Assembly (NCBI GenBank): GCA_049302035.1
Contig: JBAQLR010000132.1
Location: 42,173 to 106,172 of the forward strand
Length of the DNA: 64,000 nt
From: Syntrophales bacterium
GTDB lineage: Bacteria; Desulfobacterota; Syntrophia; Syntrophales; JACQWR01
Direction: 5' to 3'
Shown: positions 1-10,950 of the stretch, in pieces
Position numbering within the stretch: position 1 is the first letter of the stretch
How the letters are laid out: each line of letters begins with the position of its first letter
Made by a program: the position numbers and the translations under genes
Notes under the pieces: generated by a model
Databases searched by the model: none
What the model saw: only the letters and a program-made list of their open reading frames with translations
What the model was told of the DNA's origin: nothing

Positions 1-152
1 CTTGGAGCAAAAAGGCTTGCAATGGTTGAAATTGAAAAAGCGATTGAATTGGGGCATCGGGACAGCGAAAAATGACTTGTCTTTTTGCAACTTGTAGCTA
101 TAATCTGCGGCAATTCGTTAATTATTTGTCAACAGGTCTGGGGATTGATCTT

Positions 153-641
153 ATGGATGCCCTATATGCGCCCTGGCGCAGTGTTTATATCAGGTCGGAA
201 AGACCTGGCGGCTGCATTTTCTGTGAGGGATCTTTGCGGAGCAGGGAGTTTATCTTGTGGGAAGGCAAAAAGACCTACGTCATGATGAACCGTTATCCCT
301 ACAGTTGCGGTCATCTTATGGTTATTCCCTGCCGACATCTGGATAAATTGCACGATCTGAACTTTAGAGAACAGCGGGAGATGTTTGCGCTGATTGATCT
401 TTCGCTAAAGGTGCTGACGGAAATCATGAAACCTGATGGATTTAACATCGGGATGAATCTGGGTAAGGTGGCAGGAGCAGGTGTGGACGATCACATTCAC
501 GCACATATCGTGCCCCGTTGGAACGGTGATACCAATTTTATGACGGTAACGGGTGAAACGCGTGTCGTCTCTGAGGACCTGATCAAAACGCGCGACGCGC
601 TCTTGCCCTGTTTTGCCAAATTATCTCTAGCGGAGGTTTAA
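153..641 (+). CDS. HIT-family nucleotide hydrolase/transferase
   Basis: ORF 72..641 has the histidine-triad motif HIHAHIVPRW near the C-terminus. The N-terminal APWR..Y and CIFC motifs are typical of this HIT branch. Start moved to ATG 153 (MDALYAPWR), where family members normally begin. Confidence 0.8.
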   Translation: MDALYAPWRSVYIRSERPGGCIFCEGSLRSREFILWEGKKTYVMMNRYPYSCGHLMVIPCRHLDKLHDLNFREQREMFALIDLSLKVLTEIMKPDGFNIGMNLGKVAGAGVDDHIHAHIVPRWNGDTNFMTVTGETRVVSEDLIKTRDALLPCFAKLSLAEV

Positions 642-642
642 T

Positions 643-966
643 GTGCGTATTTTATTAAGTATTATTATTATTATTTTTGTCTTTTTTGTTGTTTCTTTTT
701 CGCTCCAAAATGCATCAGATGTGCATTTGAAATATTATGATTTTATTGATGTAATTTTGCCAATTTACGCCCTGATGTTCGTCGCATTTCTGGCCGGGAT
801 TATTTTTACCGCCTTGATGGGGCTGGCAGAAAGACTTAAACTGGCGAAAACCATGCGAGAATTGAACAAGACCGTACGTGACTTAAGAAGAGAACTGAGG
901 CCCCGTGATGTATTGCCTGATGCCGACAACAAGATCGAAGATCTCAGCACGGATCAGCTCTGTTAA
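643..966 (+). CDS. small inner-membrane protein, LapA/DUF1049-like
   Basis: GTG start 2 nt after the HIT stop. Two hydrophobic helices (IIIIIFVFFVVSF; IYALMFVAFLAGIIFTAL) are followed by a charged helical tail. Family assigned by layout only. Confidence 0.5.
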   Translation: MRILLSIIIIIFVFFVVSFSLQNASDVHLKYYDFIDVILPIYALMFVAFLAGIIFTALMGLAERLKLAKTMRELNKTVRDLRRELRPRDVLPDADNKIEDLSTDQLC

Positions 967-977
967 ACTTTCCTGAT

Positions 978-1481
978 CTACGCAAGAGGGGATGAGGCGC
1001 AATCGCTTTCATCCCCTCTTATCTTTTCCACAGCGTGCTTTAGGGCGGGGAGTATAATCGCCAGATTTTCACGCACCCCTTTGGGACTTCCCGGTAAATT
1101 TATAATGAGCGAAAGGCCCCTGATGCCTGTTACTGCTCTGGATATCATCGCATGCGGAGTAATTGCCGCGCTTCCACGCCGCATGGCCTCCGCCATGCCG
1201 GGGACCTCTCTTTCTATCACCTGCAGGGTGGCATCCGGTGTCACATCCCGAGGGCTGACGCCCGTGCCGCCGGTGGTAATAATGAGATCAAGTTTACGGG
1301 TGTCGGCATACTCCCTCAGGGCTTCAGCTATCAAATCCTTTTCATCGGGGACGATCCTTTTATGCGCCACCGAGATGCCCATGCCTTCAAGGATTTTAAT
1401 TATTTCCGGGCCACTTTGATCTTCTCTGTTGCCTCGAAAACCCTTGTCGCTTACCGTTAGCACACCTGCTCGCAGAGTCAT
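978..1481 (-). CDS. mog: molybdopterin adenylyltransferase / MoaB-MogA family
   Basis: Contains GVLTVSDKG, LIITTGGTGVSPRDVTPDAT and PGSPKG motifs of the MogA/MoaB fold. Start set to ATG 1481 (MTLRAGVLTVSD), 1 nt downstream of the EF-G-like stop. Confidence 0.8.
   Translation of the reverse strand: MTLRAGVLTVSDKGFRGNREDQSGPEIIKILEGMGISVAHKRIVPDEKDLIAEALREYADTRKLDLIITTGGTGVSPRDVTPDATLQVIEREVPGMAEAMRRGSAAITPHAMISRAVTGIRGLSLIINLPGSPKGVRENLAIILPALKHAVEKIRGDESDCASSPLA
984..1029 (+). terminator. candidate intrinsic terminator after the LapA-like gene
   Basis: Perfect 12-bp stem AAGAGGGGATGA (984-995) / TCATCCCCTCTT (1009-1020) with a 13-nt loop, followed by ATCTTTTCC. It lies inside the 3' end of the convergent mog ORF. 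Confidence 0.4.
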
Positions 1482-1482
1482 T

Positions 1483-3558
1483 CTATTCTTCACCTTTTTT
1501 TGACTCAGCAATGATTTTTTCCGCTATATAGGCCGGAACTTCTTCGTAGTGGGAATGTTCATAAGTAAATGTCCCGCGGCCGCTGGTCATAGATCTTAAA
1601 TCGGGGGCATACTTGAGTATTTCTGCCAAGGGCGCGATGCCTTTGACTATTTGATGAGAACCCTTGCTGTCAACGCCTAGCACCCGGCCACGTCTGCTGT
1701 TGAGGTCGCCGATGACATCTCCCATGTATTCATCGGGGACCTCGATATCGATATGAACAATCGGTTCCAAAAGTGTCGGTTGACAAGCCAGCACACCTTT
1801 TTTGAAACCCATGGAACCGGCGATCTTAAACGCCATCTCTGAGGAATCAACCGTATGATAGGAGCCATCAACCAGGGATACCTTTACATCTACCATAGGA
1901 TAGCCGGCAAGGACTCCCTCGTGCATTGCCTCAATAATGCCTTTTTCCACCGCCGGCCGGTACTGATTAGGGATAACACCCCCGACGATTTTATCCACAA
2001 ACTGGAAGCCTGTGCCCTGGGGCAAGGGTTCTATGTCCAACCAGGCATCACCGAATTGCCCTCGGCCACCGGATTGTTTCTTATATTTCCCCTGCACATT
2101 TGTTTTTCCTTTGATGGTTTCCTTGTAGGGGACTTTGGGTGTCTTTAGATTAACTTCCACACCAAACTTACGTTTCATTTTTTCCACGATGACTTCAATA
2201 TGCACTTGCCCCATGCCCGAAAGAATCATCTCTTTGGTTAATGTTTCTCGGTGAAAGAGAAGCGTTGGATCCTCTTCCATCAGTCGATGGATGGAAGAAA
2301 CAATTTTTTCCTCATCGCCACGAGATTTCGGCTCGATCGCGAAAGACATAATAGCAGGGGAGGGGGTAATTTTATCTAAAATAATCGGTGCCTTTTCACT
2401 GCAAAGGGTGTCTCCCGTGGCGGTGTCCTTAAGCTTGGCCACCGCGGCAATATCACCGGCGAACAGCACTTCTGCAGGTTTCTGGACTTTACCTTCCAGG
2501 TAGAAGATGTTGCCGATGCGCTCGTTAGTATTCCGTGTGGCGTTTAACACGTTGGTATCGGAAGTCAACGTGCCAGAATAAACGCGAAAAATGGTCAAGC
2601 GGCCGGCAAAGGGATCGGCTATGGTTTTGAAGATGCGAGCGGCAAAAGGTGCATTTTCATCGGGCTGCCTGGATTCGCGTTTGTCTGTGCCAGGTATGGT
2701 ACCTGTGATTGCGCCCCGTTCCACGGGAGAGGGGAGATAGTCGGCGATTAAATTCAGCAGCGTACTAACGCCAATTAGTTTGATAGCTGATCCGCAGATA
2801 AGAGGCGTAATAGATGCAGCGGCGAGCCCCTCTCTAAGTCCTCTTTTCATGTCATCAACACTCAGTTCGCCATCGCTAAGATAAATATCCATAAGTTGTT
2901 CATCACATTCGGCGATGTCTTCCATCAGGGTGGCTCGGTATGCTTCGCAATTATCCTTCATGTCGGCGGGAACGGCCCTGTATTTTCCATCCCCTCTATC
3001 ATCGAAATAAAGCGCCTTCATTTCAATTAAGTCCACGATGCCGACAAAATTCTCTGCGGTGCCAATAGGCAAAAACAAAGGGGTTACCTTTTCACCCAGG
3101 CGCTTAGCGATGCTGTCAATGACATTGTAGAAATCCGCCCGCTCCCGATCCATGCGGCTTATCATGACTACTTTCGGCAATTTAAAATCTTTAGCGTACT
3201 CCCATACAACCTCAGTCTGAAATTCTACACCGCCGACAGCATCTATAATGACAAGTGCATTATCAACATTTTGAAGACAACTTTTTGTGTCATGAGTAAA
3301 ATTGGAATCACCTGGAGTATCGATGATGGTAATCTTGTGTTTTTCCCATTCTACAAAGGTGACAGCGGCGCTGATGGAAACATGTCTTTTATGCTCTTCA
3401 GGCTCATAATCCAGAGATGAGGAACCATCATCAACCCGACCGAGACGATCCGATTTACCTGAGACATAGGTCATCGCCTCGCAAAGCGAGGTTTTACCAG
3501 TGCCCCCATGCCCGATGACAGCGATACTTTTAAGCGATTTGGAATCAAATTTTGCCAT
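1483..3558 (-). CDS. elongation factor G paralog with divergent G domain
   Basis: 691 aa, EF-G length and domain order, with P-loop GHGGTGKTS. G3 reads DTPGDSNF and G4 reads SRMD instead of DTPGH / NKxD. The C-terminal EF-G domains IV-V are recognisable (GRGQFG, HxVDSSE). Confidence 0.85.
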   Translation of the reverse strand: MAKFDSKSLKSIAVIGHGGTGKTSLCEAMTYVSGKSDRLGRVDDGSSSLDYEPEEHKRHVSISAAVTFVEWEKHKITIIDTPGDSNFTHDTKSCLQNVDNALVIIDAVGGVEFQTEVVWEYAKDFKLPKVVMISRMDRERADFYNVIDSIAKRLGEKVTPLFLPIGTAENFVGIVDLIEMKALYFDDRGDGKYRAVPADMKDNCEAYRATLMEDIAECDEQLMDIYLSDGELSVDDMKRGLREGLAAASITPLICGSAIKLIGVSTLLNLIADYLPSPVERGAITGTIPGTDKRESRQPDENAPFAARIFKTIADPFAGRLTIFRVYSGTLTSDTNVLNATRNTNERIGNIFYLEGKVQKPAEVLFAGDIAAVAKLKDTATGDTLCSEKAPIILDKITPSPAIMSFAIEPKSRGDEEKIVSSIHRLMEEDPTLLFHRETLTKEMILSGMGQVHIEVIVEKMKRKFGVEVNLKTPKVPYKETIKGKTNVQGKYKKQSGGRGQFGDAWLDIEPLPQGTGFQFVDKIVGGVIPNQYRPAVEKGIIEAMHEGVLAGYPMVDVKVSLVDGSYHTVDSSEMAFKIAGSMGFKKGVLACQPTLLEPIVHIDIEVPDEYMGDVIGDLNSRRGRVLGVDSKGSHQIVKGIAPLAEILKYAPDLRSMTSGRGTFTYEHSHYEEVPAYIAEKIIAESKKGEE

Positions 3559-3780
3559 GAAACCTCCCTCATAACATTAATAGTCAAAAACACTTACGAT
3601 GTCTAGCCCACAAGCATTTTTAATGTCAAGAGAATTTTCCCCGTCTTTCCCCCGTGCTTGTTGGCGGTTATGAGCAGCAGCGGGAAAAGGAATCTTGACA
3701 TCCTAGTCGATTATGTTAGTGTTCCCCAGCTAAAATTCCGTAAAGTGCTAACTTTACCGGTCTTTGTAAGAGGAGGAACT

Positions 3781-6303
3781 GTGTTCGGCGGGCTATTGAC
3801 AAAAATTGTGGGCAGTAAAAATGATCGGGAATTGAAACGCCTGGGAATATACCTGGCGGAGATTAACGACCTTGAAGCACAAATATCAAATTTGAGTGAT
3901 GAGGAATTAAAAGCAAAAACTCCATATTTTCGCGAAAAACTGCAAAGTGGCACAGAACTCGAAGACATCGTCGTAGAAGCCTTTGCCGTGGCCCGTGAGG
4001 CGGCAAGGCGCACTGTCGCTATGCGGCCTTTTGACGCGCAGATTCTGGGTGGATTAGCGCTTCACGAAGGAAAGATCGCGGAGATGAAGACTGGCGAGGG
4101 AAAAACCCTGGCCGCGACTTTGCCCATATATCTGAATGCGTTAGCTGGTAGAGGCGTGCATGTAATTACGGTAAATGATTACCTGGCGAAAAGAGATGCC
4201 GAATGGATGGGACCTATCTATGACTTTCTCGGTCTCAGTGTCGGTGTTATTGTGCACGGTCTGGAGGATGAGGAGCGGCGTCATGCTTACAATGCCGACG
4301 TTACTTATGGCACTAACAACGAGTTTGGTTTCGATTATCTCCGCGACAACATGAAATTCAATCTTGAGGAATATGTGCAGCGTGAATTCTACTATGCCAT
4401 AGTCGATGAAGTTGACAGCATCCTGATTGACGAGGCACGTACGCCTCTTATCATCTCTGGACTTTCCGAGGAATCCACCGATAAATATTATCGCATTAAT
4501 CAGATCATCCCGCGTCTCAAGAATGACGTAGATTACACGATCGATGAAAAAAGCCGCACCGTTGTTCTTACAGAAGACGGGGTGTCGCACGTAGAAAATC
4601 TCCTTAAGGTCAGCAACCTTTTTGAGCCGCAAAATATCGAAATCTTGCATCATGTGAATCAAGCTCTTAAAGCGCATGCGCTTTTCAAGAGAGATGTTGA
4701 TTATTTGGTAAAAGATGGCCAGGTTATTATCGTCGATGAATTTACGGGACGGGTTATGCCAGGCCGACGGTACAGCGATGGTCTGCACCAGGCTTTGGAA
4801 GCCAAAGAAAAGGTTAAGATCGAAAATGAAAATCAAACGATGGCCTCCATCACCTTCCAGAATTACTTCCGCATGTATAACAAATTAGCGGGGATGACTG
4901 GTACGGCCGATACGGAAGCCCCGGAATTCAAGAAAATATATAATCTGGACGTGCTTGTCATCCCTACAAATATGCCCATGATCAGAGTGGATCACACTGA
5001 CATAATTTACAAGACAGAGAAGGAGAAATTTAACGCCGTTATCGCCGAAATAACAGAACTAAATAAGGTGAAGCGGCCAGTGCTGGTTGGTACAATATCC
5101 ATAGAAAAGTCCGAACAATTAAGTACTTATCTGACTCGCCATGGGATAAAACATCATGTGCTTAACGCAAAAAACCATGAGCGTGAGGCGGAGATTGTCG
5201 CTCAGGCCGGACAGGCAGGCATGGTAACCATATCTACCAACATGGCCGGTCGCGGAACTGATATCAAGTTGGGGGAGGGCGTTGCGGAACTGGGCGGCTT
5301 GCACATTCTCGGTACGGAACGACATGAAAGCCGCCGCATCGACAATCAGTTGCGTGGCCGTGCCGGACGTCAGGGCGATAACGGATCGTCACGCTTTTAT
5401 CTTTCTTTGGAAGATGATCTTTTACGCATCTTCGGTGCCGAAAGGATCGCAAATATCATGGACAAGATCGGCATCGAAGAAAATGAGCCTATTGAACATT
5501 CACTCATTTCTAAAGCCATAGAGAATGCCCAGAAACGGGTCGAAGGTCAGAATTTCGAAATGCGTAAACATTTGCTGGAATACGATGATGTGATGAACAG
5601 ACAGAGGCAGGTAATATACGAACAGCGCAAAAAAGTACTGAAGGGAGAGGACCTGGCGACGGACAATGAAGAGATGCTGGAAGAGATTATTGCCGGTCTC
5701 GTTGACGAATATACCGACGAAAAAATTAATCCCGAGGACTGGGATATTAAAAGCCTGGGAGATGCCGTATTCCAGCAGTTTTCCACGAAATTGTCTTTGG
5801 TAACGCCGGATCAGCCTCCCAGCGTGCGGGGTTTAGAAGATGGAATTATCAGCGCCGTGAAGTCTCTCCTTGCTGAGAAAGAGCGGCAATATGGCCAACC
5901 GATGATGGATTATCTGCGGAAGGTGATTATGATCCAGGCGATAGATAATCATTGGAAAGATCACCTGCTTGCCATGGATCATTTGAAGGAGGGTATCGGG
6001 CTGCGCGGTTACGGTCAGAAGGAACCGATCCGGGAATATCAAAAGGAAGGCTATGAAATGTTCATGGCGATGGTGCAGCGCATTAAGAATGATACCATCG
6101 CCAAGCTGTGCATGGTGCAGGTCCAGCGCGAGGAAGAAATTGAAGACATCAGAGAGCATTCTCGTACACGGGATTATGCAATGAACCGCGGTGAAGAGGT
6201 AGCGTCCGCTAAAACTTCAAAAAGATCCGGCGACAAAACTGGACGTAATGAACCTTGTACTTGCGGAAGCGGAAAAAAATACAAAAAATGTTGTGGTAAA
6301 TGA
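3781..6303 (+). CDS. secA: preprotein translocase ATPase SecA
   Basis: Unmistakable SecA sequence ([40 protein letters not shown]) with the C-terminal zinc finger [14 protein letters not shown]. Start moved to GTG 3781 ([21 protein letters not shown]), 4 nt after an AGGAGG site at 3771-3776. Confidence 0.95.
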   Translation: MFGGLLTKIVGSKNDRELKRLGIYLAEINDLEAQISNLSDEELKAKTPYFREKLQSGTELEDIVVEAFAVAREAARRTVAMRPFDAQILGGLALHEGKIAEMKTGEGKTLAATLPIYLNALAGRGVHVITVNDYLAKRDAEWMGPIYDFLGLSVGVIVHGLEDEERRHAYNADVTYGTNNEFGFDYLRDNMKFNLEEYVQREFYYAIVDEVDSILIDEARTPLIISGLSEESTDKYYRINQIIPRLKNDVDYTIDEKSRTVVLTEDGVSHVENLLKVSNLFEPQNIEILHHVNQALKAHALFKRDVDYLVKDGQVIIVDEFTGRVMPGRRYSDGLHQALEAKEKVKIENENQTMASITFQNYFRMYNKLAGMTGTADTEAPEFKKIYNLDVLVIPTNMPMIRVDHTDIIYKTEKEKFNAVIAEITELNKVKRPVLVGTISIEKSEQLSTYLTRHGIKHHVLNAKNHEREAEIVAQAGQAGMVTISTNMAGRGTDIKLGEGVAELGGLHILGTERHESRRIDNQLRGRAGRQGDNGSSRFYLSLEDDLLRIFGAERIANIMDKIGIEENEPIEHSLISKAIENAQKRVEGQNFEMRKHLLEYDDVMNRQRQVIYEQRKKVLKGEDLATDNEEMLEEIIAGLVDEYTDEKINPEDWDIKSLGDAVFQQFSTKLSLVTPDQPPSVRGLEDGIISAVKSLLAEKERQYGQPMMDYLRKVIMIQAIDNHWKDHLLAMDHLKEGIGLRGYGQKEPIREYQKEGYEMFMAMVQRIKNDTIAKLCMVQVQREEEIEDIREHSRTRDYAMNRGEEVASAKTSKRSGDKTGRNEPCTCGSGKKYKKCCGK

Positions 6304-6486
6304 TTGGACCGCTTAAATATTTATTATGTTGGTATTTAACTGTTGAGTATTTAACTTGCCAATCGGCGGCTTCTGTGTTAGAAGCGCGTCAATTCACACA
6401 CCCTCGGATTGGCGGCGTGTTGCTTCGCTGAAGCTGACCGCCAAGTTGAAAGGGGTGGCGGAAAAAACACATTCAAGGAGAGAGTT

Positions 6487-7320
6487 ATGGCGAGTATTTC
6501 AATGAAGGCGCTGTTAGAGGCGGGGGTTCATTTCGGTCACCAGACCAATAAGTGGAATCCCAAAATGAAGCCCTACATCTTTGGGGCGAGAAATAACATC
6601 TATATTATTGATCTTCAGCAGACGGTGGGGTTGTTCCAGATAGCCTATAATTTTGTTGTCAATATGGTGGCGGACGGTGGAGAGCTACTTTTTGTTGGCA
6701 CCAAAAAACAGGCCCAGGAATCACTCCGTGAAGAAGCGGAAAGATGTAATATGCCCTATGTTAATCAGAGATGGCTGGGCGGGATGTTAACAAATTTTAC
6801 GACCATTAAAAAAAGCATTGATCGTTTGAATTCACTGGATCGGATGTTTGCCGATGACAGCATAAAAGCCTTTCCCAAAAAGGAGATTCTGAAACTTCAA
6901 AAAGAACGGGCTAAGTTGGATAACGTCCTTGGTGGTATCAGGCATATCCGCGGCGTACCAAAGGGCATTTTTGTGGTCGATCCCAAGCGGGAAGAGATCG
7001 GCGTCAAGGAAGCAAGAAAGCTAAAAATTCCCGTTGTCGGTATAGTGGATACCAACTGTGATCCCGACGAGATAGACTATATCATTCCCGGTAACGACGA
7101 CGCTATTAGAGCAATCAAATTGTTCGCCTCCAAGTTTGGCGATGCGGTGTTGGAAGGTCGTAAGCTTTTTGAAGAACGTCTGCAGGCGGAAAGCAACAAA
7201 GAAACATCGGCGCTTATGCCTGAAATTGATGATGCAGAATCCAATGTTCCGGAAAGCATCGAGACAAAAGACGGATTTTCCGAGAGAATTGCCGAGCCGG
7301 ATAATAACGAGCAGGGTTAA
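6487..7320 (+). CDS. rpsB: 30S ribosomal protein S2
   Basis: [27 protein letters not shown] is the canonical S2 N-terminus. ATG 6487 is preceded by AAGGAGAG. Confidence 0.95.
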   Translation: MASISMKALLEAGVHFGHQTNKWNPKMKPYIFGARNNIYIIDLQQTVGLFQIAYNFVVNMVADGGELLFVGTKKQAQESLREEAERCNMPYVNQRWLGGMLTNFTTIKKSIDRLNSLDRMFADDSIKAFPKKEILKLQKERAKLDNVLGGIRHIRGVPKGIFVVDPKREEIGVKEARKLKIPVVGIVDTNCDPDEIDYIIPGNDDAIRAIKLFASKFGDAVLEGRKLFEERLQAESNKETSALMPEIDDAESNVPESIETKDGFSERIAEPDNNEQG

Positions 7321-7344
7321 ACATATTTAAGGAGGCAGTGTAAA

Positions 7345-8666
<1,322 letters not shown>

Positions 8667-8695
8667 TATTTCATAGCCAGAGCAAGGGATTTGCG

Positions 8696-9253
8696 ATGAA
8701 GGATTTATTAATAGAAGAATTGAAGGAGGAGACGCAGCGCGCGCTGCAGACCCTTGAAAAAGCCTTAAGCAAAGTGCGAACCGGCAGAGCTTCGCTTACA
8801 CTTGTGGATGGGATTAAGGTCGACTATTACGGCGTTGCTACGCCCCTAAACCAGGTTGCTACTCTTTCAATACCAGAAAGCCGCCTAATCGTCATTTCTC
8901 CCTGGGACGGCAGCATCATTAGTGCTATTGAACGGGCTATCAATAAATCAGATTTGGGCGTGATGCCTTCGAACGATGGTAAAGTCGTCCGTCTTGCCAT
9001 CCCTCCCTTAACTGAGGAGCGCCGGAAGGATCTCGTCAAGACAGTAAAGAAAATGGCAGAGGAGTGCAAGGTGAATCAGCGCAGTGCCCGCCGCGATGCC
9101 AACGAACAATTGAAAAACATGAAAAAGGCGGGCGAAATACCGGAAGACGAAATGTTCAACTACCAGGAGAAAGTCCAGAAACTGACCGATCAAGCCATTG
9201 AAAAGACGGACACCATACTGGCAGCCAAAGAAAAAGAAATCATGGAAATATAA
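8696..9253 (+). CDS. frr: ribosome recycling factor
   Basis: 185 aa with LSKVRTGRASLTLVDGIKVDYYG and PPLTEERRKDLVK motifs. Confidence 0.95.
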   Translation: MKDLLIEELKEETQRALQTLEKALSKVRTGRASLTLVDGIKVDYYGVATPLNQVATLSIPESRLIVISPWDGSIISAIERAINKSDLGVMPSNDGKVVRLAIPPLTEERRKDLVKTVKKMAEECKVNQRSARRDANEQLKNMKKAGEIPEDEMFNYQEKVQKLTDQAIEKTDTILAAKEKEIMEI

Positions 9254-9275
9254 GGCACATTTAATCTCATCGCTT

Positions 9276-9307
9276 GAGGGGAGCTTGTGGCTCCCCTTTT
9301 CTTTTTT
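9276..9307 (+). terminator. rho-independent terminator after frr
   Basis: Stem GGGGAGC (9278-9284) / GCTCCCC (9290-9296) with loop TTGTG, followed by TTTTCTTTTTT. Confidence 0.75.
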
Positions 9308-9391
9308 GAGACCCAAATGCGGCTTGATAATGCCCCAAGCATATGCTACTAGTGCCGCATCTCGACAAATTAATGCTTTACCATCCTACCG

Positions 9392-10144
9392 ATGACTATG
9401 GAAAAAATTGACAAAAAAAAATTGCCTCAGCATATCGCCATCATCATGGACGGCAACGGGAGATGGGCGCAGAAACACGCTTTTGGCCGCATTATTGGCC
9501 ATCAGAAGGGAACGGAAGCAGTGAGAGATATCGTCAGAGCTTCTTGTGAACTTGGCATCAAATATCTAACGCTATATGCCTTCTCTGTAGAAAACTGGAT
9601 ACGCCCTACTCAGGAAGTTAATGCTCTTATGCTTTTATTAGAAAGGTACTTACGATCAGAACTTAATGAAATGCTTGAACGTGATATCCGTCTGGTAACT
9701 ATCGGCAATCGGTTTGCTTTACCAGAACGAATAAACAAATCTCTTAAGGAAGTCATGGAAAAAACCTCCCACAATCGGGGAATGGTGCTCAATCTGGCCT
9801 TAAGCTATAGCGGTCGTGATGAGATTCTTCGGGGAATTAACACGCTTCTTACTGATATGCGCCTTTCCAAACTTCCCTCTGAACCCATCACCGCCGAAGT
9901 TTTCTCATCCTACCTTGACACTGCGGCCCTCCCCGATCCTGATTTACTCATCAGGACGAGCGGGGAATACCGGTTAAGCAATTTTCTTTTATGGCAAACG
10001 GCCTATACGGAGTTCTATTTTACCGAAATATTATGGCCTGATTTTGGAAGGGATGATTTGCTAGAGGCAATTATTAACTACCAGCAGAGGGAAAGAAGAT
10101 TTGGCTTAACCAGTGATCAACTACCCAAGGTAGCGCCTGGATGA
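9392..10144 (+). CDS. uppS: di-trans,poly-cis-undecaprenyl-diphosphate synthase
   Basis: HIAIIMDGNGRWA, LTLYAFSVENW and IRTSGEYRLSNFLLWQ motifs are present. Confidence 0.95.
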   Translation: MTMEKIDKKKLPQHIAIIMDGNGRWAQKHAFGRIIGHQKGTEAVRDIVRASCELGIKYLTLYAFSVENWIRPTQEVNALMLLLERYLRSELNEMLERDIRLVTIGNRFALPERINKSLKEVMEKTSHNRGMVLNLALSYSGRDEILRGINTLLTDMRLSKLPSEPITAEVFSSYLDTAALPDPDLLIRTSGEYRLSNFLLWQTAYTEFYFTEILWPDFGRDDLLEAIINYQQRERRFGLTSDQLPKVAPG

Positions 10145-10950
10145 ATCAGCATTTGCAGAGATGTCTAACCGGCCTGATTGGCACCCCCCTGCTGATTGCC
10201 TTTGTAAGTTTCACTTCGGAAAAGGTTTTTTCTCTATTCATTTTGTTACTTATTCAGATTGCCGTATGGGAATATAATCGGTTGGCTTTTGGCAGCGAAG
10301 GATATGGCAGGGAAAAATGCTCCATAGTTATCTTCGCCACTGCTATTGCCATTGCCTCATATTCATGCAATTTTGCCGTCCTGACCGCCGTGTTGACATT
10401 TTCCCTGCTTCTTTCCGCCCTTTTATTTCTTCTGCAAATCAAGGCGGCGGCAATTGAAATGTCAAACATGGGCAAGGTTCTCCTCGGCTTTATGTATATG
10501 CCCCTGCTAATTTCTTCTTTCATCTTTATGCGCCAAACAATACATGGGGTCCAATGGATCATTTTCACCCTGGCACTGGCTTTTTCCGGTGATATTGCCG
10601 GCTTATACGCAGGCAAACTATTTGGCAAGCGAAGCTTGCAAGTCAACTTGAGTCCGGGTAAGACGGTGGAAGGAACCTTGGGAGTGCTTCTCGGCAGTAC
10701 CTTAGGCGGAATGGTTTTTCAACATTTTTTTTTCCAGGAATTACCACTCATGGACGCTGCCATACTCGGTTTCTTCGGTGGTATCATGGGACAGCTAGGA
10801 GATCTGTTCGAATCAGCTCTGAAAAGGAGCGCTGATGTTAAGGATGCCGGTCGCATAATCCCTGGTCATGGTGGTGTCATGGATCGTTTAGATAGCGTCA
10901 GTTTCATAGCACCTTTAATATGTTACTATCAATATTTGCTATTAAGATGA
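10141..10950 (+). CDS. cdsA: phosphatidate cytidylyltransferase
   Basis: Polytopic membrane protein with the C-terminal CdsA signature SALKRSADVKDAGRIIPGHGGVMDRLDS. It overlaps uppS by 4 nt. Confidence 0.9.
   Translation: MNQHLQRCLTGLIGTPLLIAFVSFTSEKVFSLFILLLIQIAVWEYNRLAFGSEGYGREKCSIVIFATAIAIASYSCNFAVLTAVLTFSLLLSALLFLLQIKAAAIEMSNMGKVLLGFMYMPLLISSFIFMRQTIHGVQWIIFTLALAFSGDIAGLYAGKLFGKRSLQVNLSPGKTVEGTLGVLLGSTLGGMVFQHFFFQELPLMDAAILGFFGGIMGQLGDLFESALKRSADVKDAGRIIPGHGGVMDRLDSVSFIAPLICYYQYLLLR

Noticed and set aside
1-75. Possible 3' end of an upstream plus-strand gene (LGAKRLAMVEIEKAIELGHRDSEK, stop at 73-75)
   Set aside because: Only 24 codons with no motif, and a second frame is also open through this stretch, so neither identity nor frame can be supported.
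655-700. ATT/T-rich apparent tandem repeat
   Set aside because: It encodes the Ile/Phe/Val run of the first TM helix of the LapA-like protein, so this is coding bias and not a repeat element.
4141-4836. 231-aa antisense ORF inside secA
   Set aside because: Shadow ORF opposite a strongly conserved gene, with no motifs and an Ile/Phe-rich composition that mirrors secA codons. The same reasoning applies to 5833..6159.
6366-6394. TTGCCA-N17-TAGAAG upstream of rpsB and a small GCTTCT/AGAAGC hairpin in the leader
   Set aside because: Weak hexamers. I could not match the leader to the known S2-binding rpsB leader structure by eye.
9413-9421. A9 homopolymers in the 5' ends of uppS (9413-9421) and pssA (14784-14792), and C8 in the SPFH gene (42799-42806)
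   Set aside because: They encode Lys or Pro runs in essential or core genes, so phase variation is implausible. They mainly serve as background for judging the G9 tract at 22844.
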